A DNA stretch of 64,000 nucleotides from a virus (taxonomy: Duplodnaviria; Caudoviricetes), in the IMG/VR virus record IMGVR_UViG_3300017766_003039, positions 2,985 through 66,984 of that record; one strand, given 5' to 3'. Shown here piece after piece: positions 37,330 to 45,694 of the stretch. The notes beneath the pieces are model-generated. The model saw only the letters and a program-made list of their open reading frames with translations, searched no databases and had not been told where the DNA came from. Position numbers and translations under genes: made by a program. Within the stretch, counting starts at the first letter, position 1, and each line of letters begins with the position of its first letter.

Positions 37330-37556
37330 CACTCGCCCCCTTTGGATACCGCTTCGACGGGAACATCCTTGGCGCGCTCCTGCACCTTATCGCCGCCGAT
37401 GTATTTCACCAGGCACTTCCGGCAGATGTCATGGCCGTTGACGGCATGGACGCCCAGAGCCTCTTCAACGCCATTGATCGGGTAGACCCCAATCGCCAAC
37501 GGATTCTTTTCGGTGATCTCCTCGCCGCACGAGTCGCAGAAAACCTTCGTGCTCAT
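37329..37556 (-). CDS. Small zinc-finger protein
   Basis: CDSC...HDICRKC. Confidence 0.7.
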   Translation of the reverse strand: MSTKVFCDSCGEEITEKNPLAIGVYPINGVEEALGVHAVNGHDICRKCLVKYIGGDKVQERAKDVPVEAVSKGGE

Positions 37557-37918
37557 GACGTCGGAATCTCCCGCTTCTTGCGAAGCCGCCAATGCTCGTA
37601 TTCCTCGCCGTTATTTTTGCGATCCTCATCCGACGGCACAGCCTTGAATGACGGCGTTGGCCCCTTGCTGCCGCCCTTCCGGTGCGCGTCGATGTCCTCG
37701 CTCATTTCCTTCATATCCTTGGGGTCGATCTTATCGGGATGACCCTCCGGCATGTTCTCCATACCGATGCTTTCGTACTCGCCCTTGAACTCCACCCGGC
37801 GCTGGCCGTCCTGCTGCTCAAAATCCTCCGTGCGCCGGTCGCCCTTTTTGGCTTCCTGCACTTCCTCGCGCTTCTTCTTGGAGCGCGGATGATCGTGGAG
37901 GACTTCCGACCGGGCCAT
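37553..37918 (-). CDS. Charged hypothetical protein
   Basis: MARSEVLHDHPRSKKK...; TGATG overlap with upstream gene. Confidence 0.7.
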   Translation of the reverse strand: MARSEVLHDHPRSKKKREEVQEAKKGDRRTEDFEQQDGQRRVEFKGEYESIGMENMPEGHPDKIDPKDMKEMSEDIDAHRKGGSKGPTPSFKAVPSDEDRKNNGEEYEHWRLRKKREIPTS

Positions 37919-38181
37919 CAGGAAGGCCACCGGATATCGAACAGCAGCACCACGCCGGCCGCGGCGCCCGTCACGATCGACAGCCACATGAGGATATGCT
38001 GCGTCGGCGGATTGGACGGCACCAGTTGCGATGCGTAGGTGAAGTAGGAGAGGCCGGCGCCCAGCAGCGCCAGCTTCCAGGCGAGCGGGTTGCCCACAAC
38101 CAGCCCGGCGGCAACGCACCCGCCGAGATAGGCAGCCGAACTGACGAAAAGGCCGATCGCGGCCAAGGTCTTGGGGTCCAT
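37918..38181 (-). CDS. Small multi-pass membrane protein
   Basis: Three hydrophobic segments. Confidence 0.65.
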   Translation of the reverse strand: MDPKTLAAIGLFVSSAAYLGGCVAAGLVVGNPLAWKLALLGAGLSYFTYASQLVPSNPPTQHILMWLSIVTGAAAGVVLLFDIRWPS

Positions 38182-38226
38182 AGCCCGGGATAATACCCGC
38201 TTTGGTGTCCCCGGGATAGGGGAGGC

Positions 38227-39744
38227 CTACCGGTTGAACGGATCGTAAGGGGTGACGGCGCCCTGCGGGGACTGCCCGGAGATCCGGTCAATATCGGCAA
38301 ATGGATTGTAGTGGCCGCCCATGGCCGACCGCGCCACGGTCGCGCGGGCCGTTCTCGATTTTGGGGTGACCGGCTCGGCAAAGGTCAGAGCGCAGGCATC
38401 GGCCTCGTCGGGGGAGAAGCCGAGCTTCCGCTTGATGTCGTCCTTGTCCTCGAGCATGAGGCGGTCGTTCTTGAACGTATAGACCGTCTCGGTGAGGGCC
38501 TTCAGCAATTCCCGGCTGCCCTCCTGATCCTCGGGCGGCAGCGCCCCGCCGGCCTTGATCCAGTCGACGAACAGGAAATACATCTCGGCGCGACGGTTGG
38601 CGTAGCGCATCTCGACCGAGGCCTTGGAATTGAACTGCACCGGGATCGACGCCTTGCCCAGCACGTTCAATTGGTCGATCCATGTGAAACCCAGGCCGCC
38701 GGTCGCGTCTACAAAGCAGGCGTCGGCATCGAACTCATTCCAGTGCCGGTTGGCGATCGAGGCGCCCGTCACGCCGTCCGGCACGTTCCGGTAGCGGCGG
38801 AGGTTGTGCATTTGGGGACCGTGGCGCATGGCGATCACGCTGGCATCATCGCCCTGGCGCGCGACGTCGATGCCCATGATCTTCGGCTGGTTGCCGATTT
38901 CCAGCGGCCGATACCACCGGCGCATGGCGGCGCGCACTTCGTCCGGGCCGATCAGGGCCGTCAGCGACGTCGGGGGGAAGCGCCCGAACACGTTCACGAG
39001 AACGAATGGATGCTCAGCGCCGTACTTTTCGATCTGCTGCCGGGCCCAGTCGATATGGACGCGGCTCGCGCGCTCGGGATCGTCCGGGTCGCCGGTGATC
39101 TCCTTGCGCCACCACAGATCCTTCTCGGAGGTCGCGGCGCGATAGAGCGGACCGGAAAGGTTGGTCGGATTGCCGGCCTGGACGATATGGCCTTCAACGC
39201 ACGACGCAAGCGCCGCTTCAGCCGCGGCCATCACCGAGTCGGGAATGCTGCCGCTTTCATCCAAGAGGAACAGCATGTAATCGCTATGGAGGCCGGCGAG
39301 TGTGTTGGCCTGCTCCTCGGCATTGCCCGTCTTCGGCCAGGTGCGGGCGGACATCCACCAGTTACCCGCCAGATCGGTCTGCTTCGCGGCAATGCGCGTC
39401 GTCGTCCACACGAAGTTGTCGCGCAGGAATGGGGACTTGGCCTGCCACTTCGCCATCTCTTTCCAGAGACCGTCGCGAAGCTGATCGCCGCTGATCGACG
39501 TCGCTGCAATGTTGGGGCTCGGCCGAGTCGCGAGGAAATTCCATCCCAGCCACGCCAGCACGGTCGTCTTGCCTGGACCTTTGCAGGCTTGGAGTGCAAT
39601 GCGCTGATTGTGGGGGAAGGCCTCAAGAACCGAGTCTTGCCAGGCATCCGGCGTGACGCCGAATTGCTCGCGGACGAAGATACGAGGGTCCTTGCGATAG
39701 AGCGCGATGCGCTCCTGCTCCGCCGACATCTTGGGCTTGGCCAT
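38227..39744 (-). CDS. terL: Terminase large subunit
   Basis: Walker A LQACKGPGKT, Walker B LFLLDES, coupling motif GNP, nuclease IMGIDVARQGDD and SPDEADA. Confidence 0.95.
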   Translation of the reverse strand: MAKPKMSAEQERIALYRKDPRIFVREQFGVTPDAWQDSVLEAFPHNQRIALQACKGPGKTTVLAWLGWNFLATRPSPNIAATSISGDQLRDGLWKEMAKWQAKSPFLRDNFVWTTTRIAAKQTDLAGNWWMSARTWPKTGNAEEQANTLAGLHSDYMLFLLDESGSIPDSVMAAAEAALASCVEGHIVQAGNPTNLSGPLYRAATSEKDLWWRKEITGDPDDPERASRVHIDWARQQIEKYGAEHPFVLVNVFGRFPPTSLTALIGPDEVRAAMRRWYRPLEIGNQPKIMGIDVARQGDDASVIAMRHGPQMHNLRRYRNVPDGVTGASIANRHWNEFDADACFVDATGGLGFTWIDQLNVLGKASIPVQFNSKASVEMRYANRRAEMYFLFVDWIKAGGALPPEDQEGSRELLKALTETVYTFKNDRLMLEDKDDIKRKLGFSPDEADACALTFAEPVTPKSRTARATVARSAMGGHYNPFADIDRISGQSPQGAVTPYDPFNR

Positions 39745-39847
39745 CGTCTCAGCCTACACGATCGGCGCTATAGCGGCCACCACATGCCTATCGAGAAGCC
39801 GAGCGCCATGCAGAAGGGGAGCGCGGCGAAGAACGCAGCCCAGATCG

Positions 39848-40054
39848 TCATGGTCTTATGTCGGCGCGCAGTCTCGCGCACGACCCATCTTCTGCCGTGA
39901 TCGGGCGCTGCCCTTGCGAGTCTATCAGAATGGCGTCCATGCCGCGTCCGGCTATTTCGTCTAGGGTCGGAACCCATGCCATGCACCCGCGCGCAAGACA
40001 CTTCGGTGCGATGCCCCAAGCGCATGCCCTTTCTTTGACTTCCGATTCCCTCAT
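39848..40054 (-). CDS. Small Cys-rich protein, paralog of 42533-42751
   Basis: MRESEVKERAC...KCLARGCMAW...GSC. Confidence 0.6.
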   Translation of the reverse strand: MRESEVKERACAWGIAPKCLARGCMAWVPTLDEIAGRGMDAILIDSQGQRPITAEDGSCARLRADIRP

Positions 40055-40257
40055 ACGACCACCTTGACCCACTCGCCCTTGAGATCGGAACCGTCGGCGG
40101 TGAGCTCCAGGCGATAGAGCCCGTGTTCCTTGGAGACAGCGACGGTGCCCCATGCGGTCCGGCGGATTTCCCACCGGCCGTCACCGGGCATCTTGCAGAG
40201 GTACTTGGCGCCAGTGCGAATCTCAGGGGCGGCCGGCGGCTGGGGGTCGCCCCTCAT
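40051..40257 (-). CDS. Hypothetical protein
   Basis: ATGA-coupled at both ends. Confidence 0.55.
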   Translation of the reverse strand: MRGDPQPPAAPEIRTGAKYLCKMPGDGRWEIRRTAWGTVAVSKEHGLYRLELTADGSDLKGEWVKVVV

Positions 40258-40628
40258 GGCATCACCATCCAGAGCATCCAAACGTAGGTGAGTTGGTGAA
40301 GCAGTTGGTCGAAGCCGAGCAGCCACCAGAAGCGTTCGTGCGTCAGCGGGCCCCATCCCATCTTGGCGTTGATGTTCATCTTGGCCCAGTCGATGTGGTA
40401 GTGCGCAACAGCTTCTACTGCCAGAATAAATCCTGCGCCGACGGGGAACTTCGGCATCGAAATCGCCAGAACGATCAGCGTCCCGATCATGTGAATGCCC
40501 ACATGCAGGAAGCCGCCGGGGTGCCCGTAGGTGCCCTTGTTGGCGTACTGGTACTTCCATTGCAGCGGGAAATCGCAGGCGAAGTGTTTGACCTGCAACA
40601 GGATGAGCAGCCAGAGAACGTCGATCAT
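40254..40628 (-). CDS. DUF3307-like membrane protein
   Basis: KHFACDFPLQ...KG.YGHPGG.LH..IH...HYHIDWAK...GFDQLLHQLTY. Confidence 0.85.
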   Translation of the reverse strand: MIDVLWLLILLQVKHFACDFPLQWKYQYANKGTYGHPGGFLHVGIHMIGTLIVLAISMPKFPVGAGFILAVEAVAHYHIDWAKMNINAKMGWGPLTHERFWWLLGFDQLLHQLTYVWMLWMVMP

Positions 40629-40906
40629 GGCGCCACCGGCTCGTAGGTTGCTTCGAAAATGTCGGGCTTGCAGGGGTAGAGTTCGCCTTTAACCCCACGA
40701 ATAATCCAGTCGCCGGGATCGGCCCGCATCACGCCTTCAAGCGTGAAGATGAGGGCCTGTCCGTTCTTGCCACGGGATATCCCGCCCAGGTGTTCACCAC
40801 GATGGCAGGCCACATTCCACCAATCGGGCAGAACCTCGCCGGGTGGCGTGATTACGCCGTACTGGATGGCCTCGATCACGACCGGCTTCTTGCGGAATTG
40901 CGGCAT
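40625..40906 (-). CDS. Conserved phage protein, PGDYG-like
   Basis: FRKKPVVIEAIQY...TLEGVMRADPGDWIIRGVKGELYPCKPDIFEATYE. Confidence 0.8.
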   Translation of the reverse strand: MPQFRKKPVVIEAIQYGVITPPGEVLPDWWNVACHRGEHLGGISRGKNGQALIFTLEGVMRADPGDWIIRGVKGELYPCKPDIFEATYEPVAP

Positions 40907-41061
40907 CAGTACCCCCTATGCTTTGCGAGAAACGCTTCGATCTTCTGGGCGCAGCGTTCCCACTCGCGCGGATCCTTCACCGCCAGCACGTTCAGCGCCC
41001 GCATGTTGGCGCGGCACCAGGCGTCGTATTCGGCGCGCGACTTCCATGCCGGGATCGTCAT
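40906..41061 (-). CDS. Small hypothetical protein
   Basis: ATGA-coupled; MTIPAWKSRAEY... Confidence 0.55.
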   Translation of the reverse strand: MTIPAWKSRAEYDAWCRANMRALNVLAVKDPREWERCAQKIEAFLAKHRGY

Positions 41062-41288
41062 CGGTAATCCCAGCCGTGGTGCTGCATGCAGCGGACCATG
41101 AAAGCCTTCGCCTCCATGCCGGCAGTGATGCCGCCGCCGAAGCTGGCCGCCACGCTGCGGGCGTCGCGCTCGCACTGGTAGGTGTCCTTGCGATAGTCGG
41201 CCTGGGTCGCGCCCGAGCGGTAGAATTTGCGCTCGTCGGCGCAGGCAGCGGCCAGCAGCGCGAGGCCGAGGATCAGGAGGGGCCTCAT
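41058..41288 (-). CDS. Small lipoprotein
   Basis: Lipobox LAAA-C; D.YQC...F..CM...GW. Confidence 0.75.
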   Translation of the reverse strand: MRPLLILGLALLAAACADERKFYRSGATQADYRKDTYQCERDARSVAASFGGGITAGMEAKAFMVRCMQHHGWDYR

Positions 41289-41650
41289 ACCTTGTGCGTC
41301 CCTTCGACGCCGCGGGCCAGTCGCGCTTCCGTCCTCGCTTTGAGTGACGCCAGCGCCTCTTGGCAGTGGTAGAGCGCACGATCGTTCTCGGCGCTGACAT
41401 ACTTGCCGGCCTGAAAGCTGCGCAGCCGGTCGATCACGATGGCCAGCAGGACCTCGTGAGTGAGGCCGTTGACGCCGGCCTCCTTGATCGGGCCGTTCTG
41501 GAATTGAATGATTTCAGGATCCTTGCCGGCGTCGAACCCGGCAATCGAATAGACATGGTGCGCGCCGCCGCTGCCGGGCGCATCTTCGGCCATGACAGTT
41601 AGTTCTCCATTCGCCGCATTCGTCTTGTGGTCCGTGATCTCGCGCATCAT
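41285..41650 (-). CDS. tad1: Tad1-like anti-Thoeris/anti-CBASS nucleotide sponge
   Basis: GSGGAHHVY...IQFQNG...LLAIVIDRLRSFQAG...ENDRAL.HCQEAL..L..R...R..RGVEGT aligns by eye with Bacillus phage Tad1 as recalled (GPGGAYHEY...IKFQKG...LLEIVRDRLKSFQAG...RENACALTHVEEAL...R..DR..RNVLGT). Confidence 0.85.
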   Translation of the reverse strand: MMREITDHKTNAANGELTVMAEDAPGSGGAHHVYSIAGFDAGKDPEIIQFQNGPIKEAGVNGLTHEVLLAIVIDRLRSFQAGKYVSAENDRALYHCQEALASLKARTEARLARGVEGTHKV

Positions 41651-41892
41651 CTCTCTCCTCTGGTTGAAACCTGCCTGTGCCGCGGGTTGCTGATCCCGTC
41701 GCGCTCGTTGCGGATGGAGCGCCAGACGGTGAACAGGCGCCGGGACTCGTCGTCGCCCTGCACGATGGGCGTTTGGCGATCGGGCATCTTGCTCTCGATG
41801 TAAGCGACGTAGGCCTGCCAGGCGGCGCGCTCCTGCTGGAAGATCGCCGTCGCCCGCGGATGCTGGCGCTGTAGGTTCTGAAATCCGGTCAT
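41647..41892 (-). CDS. Hypothetical protein
   Basis: RBS AAGGAG; ATGA-coupled. Confidence 0.6.
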   Translation of the reverse strand: MTGFQNLQRQHPRATAIFQQERAAWQAYVAYIESKMPDRQTPIVQGDDESRRLFTVWRSIRNERDGISNPRHRQVSTRGER

Positions 41893-42071
41893 GTGTCTTT
41901 CTCCTTCGGCGCCTCGCACTGGCAAAAAGACCCCTTCGCCATGCGCTCGCGAACCCGGCCATTCTCGACGAATTTCTCTTTCTTGAAATACATCTGACAA
42001 TTCTCGGGATGGCCACACTGCCGTAGCCAATCCAAATAGCTGATCATGTTTGGAATCTGGCGCTCGGTCAT
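41889..42071 (-). CDS. Small Cys/His protein
   Basis: CGH..NC...CQC; low GC. Confidence 0.55.
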   Translation of the reverse strand: MTERQIPNMISYLDWLRQCGHPENCQMYFKKEKFVENGRVRERMAKGSFCQCEAPKEKDT

Positions 42072-42334
42072 GGCTCGATCACCTTCTTGAGCATGGCCTG
42101 CCAGACGCTTCGTGCGATTGGATACAACGTGTAGACCCGATGAAATTCAACGGTGCCAATGTCCTCGATCTCATCGCCCGGCTCCATCAGCGTCGCCACG
42201 CCGGCCCGCATGGAGTCGACCGTGCGCAGGCGATCCTTCGGCGGCAACTCCTCCCAGGCGGTAAAGCGCGCAAACCCCGCCGCGGTATTTCCATGTTCGT
42301 AGGCCGCCTTCGCGGCGCGTTCGAGCGGCGTCAT
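42068..42334 (-). CDS. Hypothetical protein
   Basis: MTPLERAAKAAYE...W..L...AR..WQAML pattern. Confidence 0.65.
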   Translation of the reverse strand: MTPLERAAKAAYEHGNTAAGFARFTAWEELPPKDRLRTVDSMRAGVATLMEPGDEIEDIGTVEFHRVYTLYPIARSVWQAMLKKVIEP

Positions 42335-42532
42335 GTCTTCTCCTTCAGCCAATTCCAAAACCCACGCCAACACCAGCCGAAGAAGAAGCCGGCCAGGTAC
42401 AGGCCAACGGCCATGGCGATCACCATCTCGTCCGCAGTCACCGGCACCCCCGGCAGCAGCGCAGCCGATCGCGGGCGCGTTTCATCCGGGCCTTCCAGCA
42501 CAGATGCTCGATGTAGGCGCGGCGGGCGGCGG

Positions 42533-42751
42533 TCATGGCTTGCCTGCCAGTCCACAGAAACCTTGCGGGCCGTTTTTATTACCCGCCGCCTCGTCGGGCG
42601 GATAAGACCAGCGCCACGCCATGCAATCCGACCCGATACACAGCAACGGCGCTTCCGGATCGGTAATCCTCTTGCCTGTGGAAACGAGCAGTCCAAGAAG
42701 AATGATCTTCGGGCCGCAGCACTTCTTCGTCTTGGCTTCGTCTTCGGTCAT
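42533..42751 (-). CDS. Small Cys-rich conserved phage protein
   Basis: MTEDEAKTKKCC...CIGSDCMAWRW...GFCGLAGKP. Confidence 0.75.
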   Translation of the reverse strand: MTEDEAKTKKCCGPKIILLGLLVSTGKRITDPEAPLLCIGSDCMAWRWSYPPDEAAGNKNGPQGFCGLAGKP

Positions 42752-42755
42752 GCGT

Positions 42756-42968
42756 TCACCCAGCAGAGTTTGAAATGTTCCCGGGCACCAGTTTTGGACA
42801 CATCATGCCGAGCCCATGGTGGCCGCCGCAGTAGCCGCAGCGGTTCGGATCAAAAGACACAGGCTGCGGTGGCGTCGGCACGCGCATCCATGGATTGGCC
42901 TCGACTGCTGCTGCCAGCCGCTCCAAGGCATCGGCAATGCGCTTTGCCGTCTCTTCAGAAACCATCAT
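42756..42968 (-). CDS. Small protein with C-terminal zinc knuckle
   Basis: CGYCGGHH...C. Confidence 0.6.
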   Translation of the reverse strand: MMVSEETAKRIADALERLAAAVEANPWMRVPTPPQPVSFDPNRCGYCGGHHGLGMMCPKLVPGNISNSAG

Positions 42969-43303
42969 GGCTTGATCACCGGGCCGCCGATCTGGCCCCA
43001 AACCACGGGTTGGCCGGCTGCTGCCTGGCGCGACCAAATGCGGCCGCAAGTCCGGCAGGCGACCCGGGCCCGATAGACGGCATCGTCCTTCTGGAGCGGG
43101 CGGCCATCGCGATCGTAGGTCATCAGTCCGCCGGCATCGCTTTGCCGCTCGATCCGGTCGACCATCAGCACGCAGTCGGCCTTGACGCACGGCAGGCCCG
43201 TGAACATGACCGGCACCGTGCCGTCCTCCGGAAGCCATGTCGCCGCAGGCTTCGGCATCGTCTCGGGCGAAAGGCCCGTCATCGCTGGAATTTCTTTCAT
43301 CAT
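42965..43303 (-). CDS. Hypothetical zinc-binding protein
   Basis: PCVKADC...CRTCGR. Confidence 0.6.
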   Translation of the reverse strand: MMKEIPAMTGLSPETMPKPAATWLPEDGTVPVMFTGLPCVKADCVLMVDRIERQSDAGGLMTYDRDGRPLQKDDAVYRARVACRTCGRIWSRQAAAGQPVVWGQIGGPVIKP

Positions 43304-43560
43304 CTCACCGGCGGTTCGGGTGGCAGCATGTAGTGGGTGGCGGTTCCTTCGATCAGAGGAGGGTAGGGATTGAACCCGCTGGGGCGATACTCGCCCTGGC
43401 ACCAGCCGTTGAAGTTGTCCTCGACAGGTTCCCCTTTGCCGTCGAATGCCTGGGACCACCAGCAATCCGTAAGGCGGTGCCCCTTCCCGCGCGTGACCAC
43501 CCACAGGTCCACCTTCGTCAGGTCCTTCGGCGCGAACTTGATGTCGACCCAGGCGCTCAT
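43300..43560 (-). CDS. DUF551-like small protein
   Basis: W..I..APKD...DLW...W...THYM..PEPP. Confidence 0.7.
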   Translation of the reverse strand: MSAWVDIKFAPKDLTKVDLWVVTRGKGHRLTDCWWSQAFDGKGEPVEDNFNGWCQGEYRPSGFNPYPPLIEGTATHYMLPPEPPVR

Positions 43561-43970
43561 GCCTTGACGGCCTTCAAGGGCACCACGTTGTAGTCCGGGT
43601 GCTTCGTCTTCATGTGCCGCGCCATGTTGCCGAACGTGCGATTGCAGCATGGGCACGTCCCGGCAGCGGCGCGCTTCTTGTGCGTCTTCAGGGCGCGCTC
43701 GGCAGATGCGCGGGCACGCTCGATAGTGGCAACCTCTTCCTCAAGCCGGGCATTTTGCTGCTTTAGGCGATCGCGCTCCCGCTGAGCTACGGCAAGCGCC
43801 TCTTCGGATTCGCCTTTAGCCCATCCTCGCGAGTGACCGTTCGGGCAATGCCAGAAGCCGCCCTCGCGCTTTGCCGAAAGATAGCGCTCCTCTGGGAAAG
43901 CGTGTTGCACGCCGCAGGTCCCGCACGTCATTTCGATGCAGCGCGTACCGTTGACCAGAATGATTGCCAT
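43557..43970 (-). CDS. Zinc-finger/coiled-coil protein
   Basis: CGTCG...CPNGH...coiled coil...CPCCNRTF...HMKTKH (C2H2). Confidence 0.8.
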   Translation of the reverse strand: MAIILVNGTRCIEMTCGTCGVQHAFPEERYLSAKREGGFWHCPNGHSRGWAKGESEEALAVAQRERDRLKQQNARLEEEVATIERARASAERALKTHKKRAAAGTCPCCNRTFGNMARHMKTKHPDYNVVPLKAVKA

Positions 43971-44080
43971 TTACTTCCTCCCCCACGGCACGCGCGACGG
44001 CGTACCCTTTCGAATCTGAGCCCGGATGCGAAGCCGCAGCAGCCACCACTGGAACTTGGCGATGCGGATTTCCCGGTCGG

Positions 44081-44266
44081 TCATTTCGCCACCAGCCACA
44101 GCAGCGCCGCCGCGATCAGCCAGCCGATCGCCTGGTATTCGGAATGGTGCCGCCCACTTTCACTGCCGGCAAAGATCATCCCGGCCACCGACAGCAGCGA
44201 GCAGATGAAGGCGATCCAGGCCAGCGTAAGCGCCGCCTGCTGCGCGAATATCAGGGACTCGCTCAT
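44081..44266 (-). CDS. Small membrane protein
   Basis: Two hydrophobic segments. Confidence 0.55.
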   Translation of the reverse strand: MSESLIFAQQAALTLAWIAFICSLLSVAGMIFAGSESGRHHSEYQAIGWLIAAALLWLVAK

Positions 44267-44574
44267 GCGTGACCTGCCGGCTGGAGTTCGTCTTCAAGAA
44301 GCTCCCGGACGTTGGCCATAACGACACCCGCGTCACAATTGCTGTGCATGAGCAGGGTGCAGATCGCGTCCCCGATACTGTCGTTGCGCTGCTCCAAGTC
44401 CTCGATCCGGACGGCGACCGCAGCCGCCAGGGCCGCAATGCCCTCGATCACGCAGGCCGAAGGCACTTCCCGGTCCGGCGCCCCTTGGACGATCTCCAGA
44501 AGCGTGTTCGACATATCCTGGTAGACCCGGTCCGCGAAGCATTCCTCGCCGGCGATATCGTGGTGGTCGTTCAT
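44263..44574 (-). CDS. Hypothetical acidic protein
   Basis: RBS GGGGAG; ATGA-coupled. Confidence 0.65.
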   Translation of the reverse strand: MNDHHDIAGEECFADRVYQDMSNTLLEIVQGAPDREVPSACVIEGIAALAAAVAVRIEDLEQRNDSIGDAICTLLMHSNCDAGVVMANVRELLEDELQPAGHA

Positions 44575-45095
44575 CTGGCTCCCCCATTCGCCGCAGCGAA
44601 TTCGATCTCAACCGGATCAACATGGCGCCACGTCTCGCCACGAGCGATATTGCCGATCACATCCAGGGTTACCCCAAATCGCCTTGCGATGGCCGTTCGC
44701 CGGATGGGGCGGCGCAAGAGTCCCTTGATTTCGGCAACCTGCCACTCAGCCAATTGCGCCCGAGTTACCTGACTGCCTCGCAAGGCGCGATGGCGCCCCC
44801 GACGCATCATGTCGTCTGTGTTCTGAGCATGCGTCCCGAGCAACAGATGCTTCGGATTTTGGCAGAGACCTTGATCGCAAGAATGGCGAACGATCATGCC
44901 GGCGGGAATAGAACGGCCGGTAGCCAATTCATAACCAGCCCGATGGGCATAGACCGGACGCCCATCCACAGTGAAGCGGCCATGGAATACTTTGGCGCCT
45001 CCGGATGGCTGCGCGCACCCCGCCCACATCCAGCATTCATCAGGCCGACCGCGGACGATCTTCGCCCAATAGCGAGCAATCGTCTCTGGCGTCAT
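44571..45095 (-). CDS. HNH endonuclease (HNH_3 type) with C-terminal HTH
   Basis: DECWMWAG...YAHR..YEL..G...IVRHSCD...CQNPKHL..GTHAQN..DM. Confidence 0.92.
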   Translation of the reverse strand: MTPETIARYWAKIVRGRPDECWMWAGCAQPSGGAKVFHGRFTVDGRPVYAHRAGYELATGRSIPAGMIVRHSCDQGLCQNPKHLLLGTHAQNTDDMMRRGRHRALRGSQVTRAQLAEWQVAEIKGLLRRPIRRTAIARRFGVTLDVIGNIARGETWRHVDPVEIEFAAANGGAR

Positions 45096-45454
45096 TTCCC
45101 GGTCCTCGCCTTGGTCAGCGTCGCCCGGATCACTTCCGCCCGCGACCGCAGCCCCAGTGCCTTCCGCCGCTCCTCGAGCCACGCCAGCGTGTCGAAGTCG
45201 ACCTGCGTAAGGAAGGGCGGCGCCAACTTCGACCCGTCCGGCGTCTCCGGCCCCGCAGCCGCAACCTCTGCCGGCGGCTTCTTCGGCGGACCCTTTCCCG
45301 CCGGTGCCGGCTCAGGTGTAGGTAACGGCGAAGCCGTTCGCGTTTTCCCGGTAGCCCCAACCTTGGGCCGATCCTGGACGATGACGTCACCCTCTTGCGA
45401 GGCCTTCGCCTTCTTCAGCTTCTTCGAATATGCGATCTGATGTGTCAGTGCCAT
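45092..45454 (-). CDS. Protein with C-terminal ribbon-helix-helix (CopG-like) DNA-binding domain
   Basis: FLTQVDFDTLAWLEERRKALGLRSRAEVIRATL. Confidence 0.7.
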   Translation of the reverse strand: MALTHQIAYSKKLKKAKASQEGDVIVQDRPKVGATGKTRTASPLPTPEPAPAGKGPPKKPPAEVAAAGPETPDGSKLAPPFLTQVDFDTLAWLEERRKALGLRSRAEVIRATLTKARTGK

Positions 45455-45460
45455 ATATCG

Positions 45461-45490
45461 AACATATGCCTAGCTGAGACATATGGTCAA
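45461..45490 (-). promoter_or_regulatory. sigma70-like promoter TTGACC-18-TATGTT, 6 nt before the ATG (leaderless), overlapped by CATATG palindromes
   Basis: -35 at 45485-45490, -10 at 45461-45466; CATATG at 45463 and 45480. Confidence 0.6.
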
Positions 45491-45666
45491 TATGGGAGGC
45501 CGAAACACATCGGTATTATTTTGCAGAAATTTTTACACAAGGACTGGGAGACCTCGCTGTAGTGGCCCGGTGAGGGGGCCGACGGCTCCCCCCAAGTCGA
45601 TATACAGGCCGCGTTCTTTCCACTATCCGCGCCCTGGCCGACGGCGCCGCATGGTCACTAAAGGTG

Positions 45667-45694
45667 ATTTCCCATAATATACATTATGACGTGC
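45667..45694 (-). other. dif-like XerC/XerD recombination site
   Basis: GCACGTCATAA TGTATA TTATGGGAAAT vs E. coli dif GGTGCGCATAA TGTATA TTATGTTAAAT: 21/28 identical, central 16 bp identical. Confidence 0.75.

Noticed and set aside
45673-45688. Resemblance of ATAATGTAT to the loxP core
   Set aside because: The 13-bp loxP arms are absent; the match to dif is much better.
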